Shown one piece after another: positions 53,607 through 62,203 of a stretch of 64,000 bases of DNA (position 1 is the first letter of the stretch; each line of letters begins with the position of its first letter). The position numbers and the translations under genes are program-made. Source of the DNA: an uncultured Eubacteriales bacterium (GTDB lineage: Bacteria > Bacillota > Clostridia > Oscillospirales > Acutalibacteraceae); the NCBI GenBank assembly GCA_900322085.1, contig ONYN01000122.1, forward strand, positions 460 to 64,459, read 5' to 3'. The notes below the pieces were generated by a model. That model saw only the letters and a program-made list of their open reading frames with translations, was not told the origin of the DNA and searched no databases.

Positions 53607-54695
53607 ATGCGGGCAATCGGTCAAATCACTATTACGAACATCTGTGATGTGGTAGCTTCCGAGACGGCCCCTGAAAATCCCTACGTCGGCCAGCTATGGG
53701 TAGACACTTCGGTATCGCCTCCTGAAACAAAGATATGGAACGGCGCGGAATGGGTCTTGCAGAACGACATCGAGACCATCCGCGTCGCCATTTCTGTGCT
53801 CACTACCAGAAGCGCAGAGCTGCAAAGCACCATTGATGGGCTGAATAGTTATGTCGGCAGCATGACGCAGACGATTGAAACGATCACGGACAGCCTCGGT
53901 AATGAGCAGGAAACCGTGCTGGAGATGCAGGCGCAGATGTCTCAGCTTCAGCAGACAATCGACGGCCTTACCATACAGGTGCAAAACCAGTACGCAGGCG
54001 GTTTGAATTTCATCCAGAACTCGGCTGGACTTAACGGCATATCCGACGATTGGGTGAAAACAGGAACCGTCACGGTTGATACTTCCACGGACACACAGAA
54101 CAACACAACCTCGGACTCGTGCTTCGTTCTCGGCACGTCCTCCACGCTGAAGCAGACGGTCACAGGCCTTGTTACCGGCCAGTCCTATGCGTTTTCGCTC
54201 CGGGCGAAGAAGACCGCATCGAGCTATTCGAGCTATATTCGTGTGCAGTACAACGGCAACAAATACGCCTATTTCTTCAACCAGACGACCACGTTCGGCT
54301 GGCAGGATTTCAGCCTTGTGATCGATGACATCACCGACAGCACCATCGTGTTCTATATCTACAACCGCTCTGCGTCGCTGTATGTCTCGGACATCATGAT
54401 GGTCGAAGGGCCGACGGTCCATAACTGGACTCCCGCTCCGAACGAAATCTACACGAACGAGGTGAAGATTGATAAGCGCGGTATCGCCGTCTCCAACGCG
54501 GCGTCCTCCCAGCGGACGGTAATCACGAATACAGAGTTTGCCGGTTACTACAACGACGAGATCATCTTCACGCTGAACAAGGACGAAACCCAGACAAAGA
54601 AAACCACTGTGGACGGCGAGCTCACAGTGGGAAAAACAAAATTCGTGCCGATGTCAACGGCCTCTGATGGCTTGAACATCGTAATTCTTGACTAA
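53607..54695 (+). CDS. Tail fibre / receptor-binding protein candidate
   Basis: The N-terminus is GQITITNICDVVASETAPENPYVGQLWVDTS. It has a central coiled coil and a beta-rich C-terminus. Confidence 0.55.
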   Translation: MRAIGQITITNICDVVASETAPENPYVGQLWVDTSVSPPETKIWNGAEWVLQNDIETIRVAISVLTTRSAELQSTIDGLNSYVGSMTQTIETITDSLGNEQETVLEMQAQMSQLQQTIDGLTIQVQNQYAGGLNFIQNSAGLNGISDDWVKTGTVTVDTSTDTQNNTTSDSCFVLGTSSTLKQTVTGLVTGQSYAFSLRAKKTASSYSSYIRVQYNGNKYAYFFNQTTTFGWQDFSLVIDDITDSTIVFYIYNRSASLYVSDIMMVEGPTVHNWTPAPNEIYTNEVKIDKRGIAVSNAASSQRTVITNTEFAGYYNDEIIFTLNKDETQTKKTTVDGELTVGKTKFVPMSTASDGLNIVILD

Positions 54696-54712
54696 GGAAG
54701 GAGGTAATCTGA

Positions 54713-57235
54713 ATGGCACTTAGCGGCAGCTTTCAAAATCTGCCTGTAAACAATTTCGGCCTGTATTGCACATGGTCGGCCACACAGAGCGTCATCGGGA
54801 ATTACTCGGATGTAACGCTCAATGTTTACTTGAAATACTACACGCTGGAAGTAGGTTCTCGACCGGATTCGACAGTTTCCATCAACGGAGTCTCTGAAAC
54901 CTACACAGCTCCTGCTATCACCGATTACTCCTCCGGTCAGCACACGAAGCTCCTGAAAACAAAGACTGTACGAGTAAATCATAACGCTGATGGCACCAAG
55001 TCAGGTGTGGCGCTTTCTGCGTATTGGAGGTTTTCCGGTACTTATAGCGGAACGCCTATCAGCTCGATCACGGCCAGCACAACTATCACGCTGGATACTA
55101 TCGACAGAGCCGCTCCGACGGTCTCGCTGTCAACCTCCAACATTACGGCAAACGGGGTAACGCTCTCTGCAACCTCATCTGCAACAGCAGATATCTGGCA
55201 GTACAGCACGGACAACGGCTCCACTTGGACGCAGTTCTCGACGACAGCAGGGACTTCCGCTTCTGTGACAGTTGTCGGGCTCTCTCCGAACACCACTTAC
55301 TACGTCAAGGTCCGGGCAAGGAAAAAGAGCAATCAAGTCTATGGTACTTCTTCTGCAGTAACGGTAAAGACGCTGGGCGGTGCAATCGTCAACAGCGTTT
55401 CAGCCGTGACTGCAGATTCCGCAACCGTAAGCATAAGCCTGAATGTGACGGTTTATGATGCCTCCTATAGCTACACCCTCGCACTGAAGAACGGATCAAC
55501 GACTATCGTCACCGTGGGCGGTCTTACGTGGTCAAAAGGAACTGCGAACCGGACAGTAACACTGACTGCCACGCAGAGGACCACGCTGTTGACGGCGATG
55601 GCATCCCTTAAGTCCTTCACTGGAACTTTTGCGGTTACGACCTACAACGGCTCAACGCAGATCGGTTCGGTTTCCTCGAAAACCGCTACAGTCACGACCA
55701 CGGCAGCGAATTCCGGCCCGACGCTTTCTGGTTTTACCTTCGCCGACAGTTACGCAACTACGACGGCGATAACCGAAAACGATCAGGTCTTCATTCAGGG
55801 CCACTCCAAATTGACGGTCACTCCCGGAACAGCGACACCGAAGAACTCTGCTACGATTGCCAACTATACAGCCACTTGTAATGGCGTTTCGGTTTCCAAC
55901 ACGACCGGCGATGCCCTGACCGTCGGACCGGTATCAAAGAGCGGATCGGTCGCTGTGGTTTTGACGATCACAGACAGCCGTGGGTATACGGCAAGCGTCA
56001 CTCAAAACATCACGGTGTTAGCCTATGCACAGCCCAAGGTGAACTCCTTGACGCTCCGGCGTACAAACGACATCGAAGCCGAGATGCAGCTGATCTTCAA
56101 CGGGTCCATTTCGGCTATCACCGTGGATAGCGTTCAGAAGAACTCGCTGAAATACGTGCGATACCGGTATAAGGCGACAAGCGCGACGTCGTACAGCAGC
56201 TATGTCAGCATTCTTTCGGCAGTAACGCAGAGCGGAACATCCTTCTCGTATTCAAATCTGGAGCTACGAGACCTTGCTGCAGATCAGTCTTGGGATGTTC
56301 ATATTCAGATCCGCGACCAGCTTAACAGCCTCTCGTCTTTGGATTTGTACTATGTTATCCCGCAGGGCACTCCGCTTGTGGCACTCCGAAAGCAGAAGGT
56401 CGGCATCAATACGCCAACACCCGAAGCCGCTCTTGATGTTGTCGGCGACGCGAAGGTGTCCGGGACCCTGACGGCGACTACGCTCTCCGGTTCTCTTGCA
56501 CCATCAAAGCTCTCGTCCGCTGTGCCGATTTCAAAAGGCGGTACCGGCGCGACAACAGCTGCGTCTGCAAGGACGAATCTGGCCGTGCTTCCGCTGGCAG
56601 GAGGAACACTCACCGGTCAGGTTCAAAAGGCCGGGTCAGGTGGTTCGTTTATAAACGGGCGAACCTATGCCATGATCCGGACGAACAGCAATGGCAGTTC
56701 ATCTTCCTTCTATCCCGTGGTATCCGTCAAAACTCCTTCCGGTTCTTGGGATATCGGTGCATACGGTGAAAGCCTGTACTTTGTGTACGGAACCGATGCG
56801 AACTTCAATGCAGGTACAAACACGACCTTGCAGCGATACATCAATTCCAGCGGAAACTTCAGCGGGAAGGCGTCAAACGTGACTGGAACAGTGGCTCTGG
56901 CCAACGGAGGCACCGGTGCAACTACGGCTGCTGCAGCGAGGACGAATCTCGGCATTGCGGTCACATCGCTTTATAACGGGGACCTGTCAAGCGGCAGCAT
57001 CACCTTCAACTACGGGAACTACAACGCCTATATCATCTTGGGCAAACCCGGCACAGCGACTGCTATCGCCGGTATCGTTGTTCCAAAAGCACAGATTACG
57101 ACCTCGGACGTTAAGTATCAGATCACGGACGAATCCTACTACCGCTGCTTCAATCTGAAGTATTCCAGCTCGACCGTGACCCTGACGATCTCCACAGGCA
57201 GCGGATCAATTTTGAGGGTCTTCGGACTCAACTGA
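54713..57235 (+). CDS. Large tail fibre protein (DUF859-like N-terminus, FN3-like repeats)
   Basis: The N-terminus, GLYCTWSATQSVIGNYSDVTLNVYLKYYTLEVG, fits the DUF859 siphovirus family. An FN3-like segment is YSTDNGSTWTQFSTTAGTSASVTVVGLSPNTTYYVKVRA. The motif GGTGATTAA..ARTNL occurs twice. Confidence 0.65.
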   Translation: MALSGSFQNLPVNNFGLYCTWSATQSVIGNYSDVTLNVYLKYYTLEVGSRPDSTVSINGVSETYTAPAITDYSSGQHTKLLKTKTVRVNHNADGTKSGVALSAYWRFSGTYSGTPISSITASTTITLDTIDRAAPTVSLSTSNITANGVTLSATSSATADIWQYSTDNGSTWTQFSTTAGTSASVTVVGLSPNTTYYVKVRARKKSNQVYGTSSAVTVKTLGGAIVNSVSAVTADSATVSISLNVTVYDASYSYTLALKNGSTTIVTVGGLTWSKGTANRTVTLTATQRTTLLTAMASLKSFTGTFAVTTYNGSTQIGSVSSKTATVTTTAANSGPTLSGFTFADSYATTTAITENDQVFIQGHSKLTVTPGTATPKNSATIANYTATCNGVSVSNTTGDALTVGPVSKSGSVAVVLTITDSRGYTASVTQNITVLAYAQPKVNSLTLRRTNDIEAEMQLIFNGSISAITVDSVQKNSLKYVRYRYKATSATSYSSYVSILSAVTQSGTSFSYSNLELRDLAADQSWDVHIQIRDQLNSLSSLDLYYVIPQGTPLVALRKQKVGINTPTPEAALDVVGDAKVSGTLTATTLSGSLAPSKLSSAVPISKGGTGATTAASARTNLAVLPLAGGTLTGQVQKAGSGGSFINGRTYAMIRTNSNGSSSSFYPVVSVKTPSGSWDIGAYGESLYFVYGTDANFNAGTNTTLQRYINSSGNFSGKASNVTGTVALANGGTGATTAAAARTNLGIAVTSLYNGDLSSGSITFNYGNYNAYIILGKPGTATAIAGIVVPKAQITTSDVKYQITDESYYRCFNLKYSSSTVTLTISTGSGSILRVFGLN

Positions 57236-57246
57236 GGAGGTGCGAT

Positions 57247-57612
57247 ATGCAGGTATTACTGGAAAAAGGATATGTTGTTTCCTATGCACTTGAGGGAAAT
57301 CTCGTCGATGGCATTGAGGCAAACGCTCCACCTGACATGGAGCACTTCATGGCTCATTTCAAAGCCTATCGCATGAGAGATGGGACCCTCGAATACGACG
57401 GACAACAGAATACGGAAATTGAGAAAAAAGCACTTTGTGATGACCTGCGAAAGCGGCGTGAAACAGAGTGCTTTTCCTATATCAACAGAGGCCAGCTTTG
57501 GTATGACAAGCTCTCCAATGCTCAAAAGCAGGAACTGAGCGAATGGTACCAAGGCTGGCTTCAAGTCACGGACACACTGACGGAACCGGATAAACCGTCG
57601 TGGTTATATTAA
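57247..57612 (+). CDS. Hypothetical phage protein (121 aa)
   Basis: It has a GAGGAGG RBS and lies between the tail fibre and the holin. Confidence 0.55.
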   Translation: MQVLLEKGYVVSYALEGNLVDGIEANAPPDMEHFMAHFKAYRMRDGTLEYDGQQNTEIEKKALCDDLRKRRETECFSYINRGQLWYDKLSNAQKQELSEWYQGWLQVTDTLTEPDKPSWLY

Positions 57613-57635
57613 AAACTTCAAAGGAGGAACTGAAC

Positions 57636-58067
57636 ATGAAAGAATTCTGGGCTACCATTCAGGTCGCTTTTGCTGCTGTCGGCGGCTGGCTTGGATGGTT
57701 TCTGGGAGGATGTGACGGCTTGCTTTATGCGCTGCTTGCGTTTGTAGTCATCGACTACATCACCGGAATCATGTGCGCCATCGTGGACAAGAAGCTGTCC
57801 TCTGCCGTGGGCTTCAAAGGCATCTTCAAAAAGGTGCTCATTTTCACGCTTGTCGGCATCGGGCACATTCTGGACACGCAGGTAATCGGCACCGGTTCCA
57901 TACTGCGTACTGCTGTCATTTTCTTCTATCTCTCGAACGAGGGTGTATCCCTTATCGAAAACGCGGGACATCTCGGACTGCCGATTCCCGCAAAGCTGAA
58001 GGCTGTGCTGGAGCAGCTTCACGACCGTGCTGAAAAGGAGGACGAGCACCATGATGACAAATATTGA
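57636..58067 (+). CDS. Holin (phage_holin_4/TcdE-like)
   Basis: The protein has three predicted TM segments. The signature is DYITGIMCAIVDKKLSS..GFKGIFKK ... YLSNEGVSLIENA. The RBS is AAAGGAGGAA. Confidence 0.8.
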   Translation: MKEFWATIQVAFAAVGGWLGWFLGGCDGLLYALLAFVVIDYITGIMCAIVDKKLSSAVGFKGIFKKVLIFTLVGIGHILDTQVIGTGSILRTAVIFFYLSNEGVSLIENAGHLGLPIPAKLKAVLEQLHDRAEKEDEHHDDKY

Positions 58068-59652
58068 ACTGGCAAACAAACTCAAGGACATCGCCAAGAA
58101 CTATAAGACGCTGTATGTTCTCGGCTGCTTCGGCGCTCCGCTGAATGCCGCCAACAAGAAACGCTACACCAGCAACTACGATTACAACAAGCAGGCTTCT
58201 CGAAAGGCCATGATCAATGCCGCCTCGGATGACACCTTCGGTTTTGATTGTGTCTGCCTCATCAAAGGTGTGCTCTGGGGCTGGAACGGCAACAAGAACG
58301 CGACCTACGGCGGTGCCGGTTACGCCTGCAACGGTGTGCCGGACATCGGCGCGGATCAGATGATTAAGGTCTGCAAGAATGTCACGACTGACTTCTCCAA
58401 GATTGAAATCGGCGAGGCCGTGTGGCTTGAAGGCCACATCGGTGTTTATGTCGGCGATGGCCTTGCCGTTGAATGCACTCCGCGCTGGGCAAACAAGGTC
58501 CAGATCACTGCCTGCAACAGGAACGTCAGCGGATATAACCGTCGTGACTGGACGAAGCATGGCAAACTCCCGTATGTGACCTATGTGAACGAAGCACCTG
58601 AAATACCCGTAGAAAAACCGCCTGTAAAAGGTATCGATGTTTCCAAGTGGCAGGGCGAGATTGACTGGAACAAGGTCAAGGCAGACGGCATCAAGTTTGC
58701 GATGATCCGTTTGGGATACGGCTCCGCTGATGGAAACTCCTGCGGCCTTGACGGTTACTTCGAGAAAAACGTGGCAGGAGCTGTGAAAGCCGGTATCGAC
58801 ATCGGCTGTTACTTCTACTCCTATGCAACCTCCGTGGCTGCTGCAAAAAAGGAAGCCGCGTATGTGGTCGGCGTCCTGCAGAAGTACAAAGGCGTATTCG
58901 CATATCCTGTCGCATTCGATCTGGAAGACAAGACCCAGCAGGGACTTGGAAAGACCGTTCTGACCGATATGGTGATTGCCTTCGGTGATGCAATCGAGAA
59001 GGCAGGTTTCTACTGCTCCCTTTACAGCAACCCCAGCTGGATGAAGAGCTATCTCGATGCAGATCGCGTCAAACGCTTTGACCTCTGGCTGGCACACTGG
59101 ACGGACAAGACAAACTATGCCGGTGCATACGGCATGTGGCAGAACTCCTCCAGCGGCAAGGTGAATGGCATCAACGGAAACGTCGATACGGATATCGCGT
59201 ACAAGGACTATCCTGCGATCATCAAGAGTGCGAAGCTCAACGGCTTCACCTCTGCGGATCAGAAGCCTTCTGTACCGTCCGAACCCGGCACACCTGTGAC
59301 TCCTCCTGCCTCTTTCAAGAAGGGAGATCTCGTGAAGATCACCGGCACGAAATACTACGGCGGCCAGACGATCCCCGGATGGGTAAAAGCGAAGAACTGG
59401 TATGTTCTTCAGGTCAATGGCAGTCGCGTCGTAATCGACAAAAGTGAGGATGGGAAGCATGCCATTTGTAGCCCTGTCAATGCAAAAGACCTTCAGCTGG
59501 CAAAGGCCACTCCCCAAAAGACTGTAGACGAGCTCGCCCATGAGGTTATCAAGGGCCTCTGGGGTAATGGCACTGACAGGAAGAACCGCCTGACCGCTGC
59601 CGGTTACGATTACCGCGCCGTTCAGGATCGCGTTAACGAGCTCCTGAGATAA
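58051..59652 (+). CDS. Multidomain endolysin (NlpC/P60-like peptidase + GH25 muramidase + SH3-like + CW_7-like repeat)
   Basis: The Cys-peptidase-like segments are FGFDCVCLIKGVLWGW ... GHIGVYVGDG. The GH25 segments are KGIDVSKWQGEIDWNKVKADGIKFAMIRLGYG ... DLWLAHW. The SH3-like segment is GDLVKITGTKYYGGQTIPGWV. The C-terminal CW_7-like segment is VIKGLWGNGTDRKNRLTAAGYDYRAVQDRVNELL. Confidence 0.85.
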   Translation: MMTNIELANKLKDIAKNYKTLYVLGCFGAPLNAANKKRYTSNYDYNKQASRKAMINAASDDTFGFDCVCLIKGVLWGWNGNKNATYGGAGYACNGVPDIGADQMIKVCKNVTTDFSKIEIGEAVWLEGHIGVYVGDGLAVECTPRWANKVQITACNRNVSGYNRRDWTKHGKLPYVTYVNEAPEIPVEKPPVKGIDVSKWQGEIDWNKVKADGIKFAMIRLGYGSADGNSCGLDGYFEKNVAGAVKAGIDIGCYFYSYATSVAAAKKEAAYVVGVLQKYKGVFAYPVAFDLEDKTQQGLGKTVLTDMVIAFGDAIEKAGFYCSLYSNPSWMKSYLDADRVKRFDLWLAHWTDKTNYAGAYGMWQNSSSGKVNGINGNVDTDIAYKDYPAIIKSAKLNGFTSADQKPSVPSEPGTPVTPPASFKKGDLVKITGTKYYGGQTIPGWVKAKNWYVLQVNGSRVVIDKSEDGKHAICSPVNAKDLQLAKATPQKTVDELAHEVIKGLWGNGTDRKNRLTAAGYDYRAVQDRVNELLR

Positions 59653-59673
59653 TCTGAATACACCTCCGGCTAT

Positions 59674-59713
59674 GGCCCATCGTGGATTTTTCTGCGGTGG
59701 GCCTTCTTTTTTT
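59674..59713 (+). terminator. Intrinsic terminator after the lysis module
   Basis: A 12-bp stem including G-U pairs joins ggcccatcgtgg (59674-59685) to ctgcggtgggcc (59692-59703). It is followed by ttcttttttt. Confidence 0.7.
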
Positions 59714-59721
59714 GCATTTTT

Positions 59722-59761
59722 AGCGGACCACTTTGGCCATTTCCCTCCAGTGGGTAGTGAG
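59722..59761 (+). repeat. Copy 2 of the 40-bp exact direct repeat
   Basis: It is identical to 25043-25082. It lies 30 nt upstream of the ATG at 59792. Confidence 0.9.
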
Positions 59762-59791
59762 AGGGACTCCTCTCGGACTGGAGGATATCTC

Positions 59792-60211
59792 ATGACCAAC
59801 GAACAAAAAGAAAAAATCATCGACCTGCGGCATCAAGGCTACGGCTATACCGCTATCGCAAACGCTGTGGGTCTCAAGAAAGACAACATAAAAGCCTTCT
59901 GCCGGAAGCACGGTCTCGCAGGCGTGAAGGCAGAGAGCAATGCCCGTGTATCGATTGTTCAGGACATCTGCCTTAATTGCGGCAAGCCTCTGACCCAGCA
60001 GCCCGGAGTAAAGCAGCGCAAATTCTGCTGCCCGGAATGCCGGACGAAGTGGTGGAACGCCCATCAGGATCAGGTGAAGCAAAAAGCTCTCTACCGTTTC
60101 ACCTGTCCGGAATGTGGTCAGGACTTCACCTCCTACGGAAACTCAAAGCGGAAGTACTGCAGCCATGAGTGCTATATCGCAGCCCGCTTCAAAGGCGGTG
60201 ATGCAATATGA
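59792..60211 (+). CDS. HTH (sigma region-4/LuxR-like) + zinc-ribbon protein preceding the recombinases
   Basis: The HTH is KIIDLRHQGYGYTAIANAVGLKKDNIKAFCRKHGL. The Cys pairs are CLNCGK ... CCPECR ... CPECGQ ... CSHEC. The ATG follows GGAGGA. Confidence 0.65.
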   Translation: MTNEQKEKIIDLRHQGYGYTAIANAVGLKKDNIKAFCRKHGLAGVKAESNARVSIVQDICLNCGKPLTQQPGVKQRKFCCPECRTKWWNAHQDQVKQKALYRFTCPECGQDFTSYGNSKRKYCSHECYIAARFKGGDAI

Positions 60212-60378
60212 GCGCAGAAGAAATCCGCAACGACATGCTCTATCATGCGGCGCTTTCAGTAGCAAAGGACATGCTGGAAAAGGGCCTCATTACCGAGGAA
60301 GAGTACGCTCAAATTGATACAATTCTCCTCGAAAAATACCGGCCATATTTGGGTACATTACTTTCCGAAAACGCTTGA
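60208..60378 (+). CDS. Small helical protein (56 aa), not in ORF track (<60 aa)
   Basis: The ATGA start overlaps the upstream stop. The sequence is MSAEEIRNDMLYHAALSVAKDMLEKGLITEEEYAQIDTILLEKYRPYLGTLLSENA. Its stop lies inside promoter-like copy 3. Confidence 0.5.
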   Translation: MSAEEIRNDMLYHAALSVAKDMLEKGLITEEEYAQIDTILLEKYRPYLGTLLSENA

Positions 60379-60408
60379 TATTTCAGGCTTTTAGAGTGAT
60401 ATATAGAC
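60374..60408 (+). promoter_or_regulatory. Copy 3 of the conserved promoter-like element, upstream of serine recombinase 1
   Basis: The sequence is cTTGATAtttcaggcttttagagtGATATATagac. It ends 22 nt upstream of the TTG start at 60431. Confidence 0.65.
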
Positions 60409-60430
60409 ACACGGAAAGGAGGGATTTTTC

Positions 60431-62203
60431 TTGAAAACCGTAGAGAAAATCGAAAAAACAAAGTCGGTTATTCCCAAGAGAAAGCGAGTCGCGGCCTACG
60501 CCAGAGTGTCGATGGAATCTGAGCGAATGCAGCACTCGCTTTCTACGCAGGTTAGCTACTACAGCAGCCTGATTCAAAAGAACCCGGAATGGGAATACGC
60601 TGGCGTCTATGCCGATTACGGCATTTCCGGGACAGGCACAAAAAAGCGAGATGACTTCAATCGCATGCTGGCTGACTGCGAGGCCGGTAAGATCGATATC
60701 ATCCTGACCAAGTCCATCCAGCGCTTTGCGAGAAATACCGTGGACCTGCTGAACACCGTCCGGCACCTGAAGGACATCGGCATCGAGGTCCGCTTCGAGA
60801 AGGAAAACATCAACTCCCTGAGCGGTGATGGCGAGCTGATGATGTCAATCCTCGCTTCCTTCGCACAGGAAGAAAGCCGCAGCATCTCAGAAAACGTCAA
60901 GTGGGGTACGATCAAGCGCTTCAAGCAAGGCATCCCCAACGGCAAGTTCACCATCTTCGGATATGAATGGGAAGACGATCATCTGGTCCCGATCCCAGAA
61001 GAAGCCGAGATTGTCCGCTGGATGTACAGCGAATACATGAAAGGCGCTTCTCGAATCGAGATCGGTCGAGCTTTGATGGAGCGCGGGATCTACACCCGGC
61101 AAGGCAAGCCGTGGGTGGATTCTAATGTAAAATGCATCCTGACAAACATCACCTACACTGGCAACTTGCTCTTCCAGAAAGAGTTCTGCGAGGACCCGAT
61201 CACCAAGCACCGGAAGAAGAATCGCGGTGAGCTCCCGCAGTATTTTGTCGAGGGTACGCACGAAGCCATTATTCCGATGGATGAGTGGCAGGCCGTACAA
61301 GAGGAGTTCAAGCGCAGACGGGACCTTGGCCCCTTCGGAAACAAGTCGCTCAAGCTGTCCGCGTTCTCCACGAAGATCACCTGCGGATGCTGCGGCAAGC
61401 ATTACCGGCACAGCGGAAAGCGAAACACAGCCGGTGAGGTTTACTACATCTGGACCTGCCAGACAAAAAGCCAGAAAGGAGCCTCGGCCTGCGACTCCAA
61501 AAACGTACCGGAGAAGATGCTTCAGAAGGCTTCCGCTGAAGTCCTCGGAATTCCAGAGTTTGACGAGGCTGTATTTGCCGAGCAGATTCAGGAGATCATC
61601 GTTGTCGGTAAAGACACCCTGACATTCCGTTTCTACGATGGCCGAGAGATCACCACTCAATGGACATCGACCGCAAAAACAGACTGGTGGACACCGGAGC
61701 GCAGGAGGCTCTGGGGAGAAGCCCACAAACGCAAAGACACGAACCCGAACCGGAACGTGTTCTACGAGTTTACCGGCTTCATCAAATGCGGCTGCTGTGG
61801 TGCGAATTACCGCTGTCAGTCAAACAAGCTGAAAGACGGTACCCCGACGCGGTCTTGGTACTGCACCAGCCCAAGGACGAAATGCCAGAACCCCGGCATC
61901 CGGGACGATACGATGAAGCGGCTCGTGACTGATGTCCTCGGATTGGATGAATTCGATGAGGCTACTATGGACGCTCAAATCGAACACGCCTCTGTTCTCG
62001 CCAACACGGTGACCTTCCATTTCCGGGACGGTCATACTGAGAGCCGAGACTATCTTGACAAGCGGCGCGGCACACCTTGGACTCCAGAGCGCAGAGAAAA
62101 GGCCATCGCATCTATGAAGGATGCTTGGACAGATGAACGAAAGGCGGCGATGAGCAAAAGAATCAAAGAAGTAAGGAGAGAAAAGAAATGGCCAAATCCG
62201 TAA
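60431..62203 (+). CDS. Large serine recombinase 1
   Basis: The resolvase catalytic domain is RVAAYARVSMESE ... TKSIQRFARNTVD. The recombinase domain and zinc-ribbon Cys pairs are CGCCGKHY ... WTCQ and CGCCGANY. It has a TTG start after AAGGAGGG. Confidence 0.85.
   Translation: MKTVEKIEKTKSVIPKRKRVAAYARVSMESERMQHSLSTQVSYYSSLIQKNPEWEYAGVYADYGISGTGTKKRDDFNRMLADCEAGKIDIILTKSIQRFARNTVDLLNTVRHLKDIGIEVRFEKENINSLSGDGELMMSILASFAQEESRSISENVKWGTIKRFKQGIPNGKFTIFGYEWEDDHLVPIPEEAEIVRWMYSEYMKGASRIEIGRALMERGIYTRQGKPWVDSNVKCILTNITYTGNLLFQKEFCEDPITKHRKKNRGELPQYFVEGTHEAIIPMDEWQAVQEEFKRRRDLGPFGNKSLKLSAFSTKITCGCCGKHYRHSGKRNTAGEVYYIWTCQTKSQKGASACDSKNVPEKMLQKASAEVLGIPEFDEAVFAEQIQEIIVVGKDTLTFRFYDGREITTQWTSTAKTDWWTPERRRLWGEAHKRKDTNPNRNVFYEFTGFIKCGCCGANYRCQSNKLKDGTPTRSWYCTSPRTKCQNPGIRDDTMKRLVTDVLGLDEFDEATMDAQIEHASVLANTVTFHFRDGHTESRDYLDKRRGTPWTPERREKAIASMKDAWTDERKAAMSKRIKEVRREKKWPNP

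Noticed and set aside
25043-59761. The 40-bp direct repeats as attL/attR of the prophage
   Set aside because: Phage genes lie outside the interval on both sides: the sigma-like gene on the left and the recombinases on the right. No tyrosine integrase is present. Serine recombinases do not generate long direct repeats. The position after terminators and before genes fits a regulatory element better.
25474-59820. Many long minus-strand or alternative-frame ORFs inside the prophage (for example 25474-26106, 26710-27573, 29993-30685, 31187-32227, 36618-37622, 43527-44954, 46057-46896, 48532-49587, 57952-59820)
   Set aside because: Stop codons are rare in GC-rich DNA, so long spurious frames are expected. 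Each one is fully overlapped by a plus-strand gene with an RBS and recognisable phage motifs. Their translations are Arg/Gly/Ala-rich nonsense.
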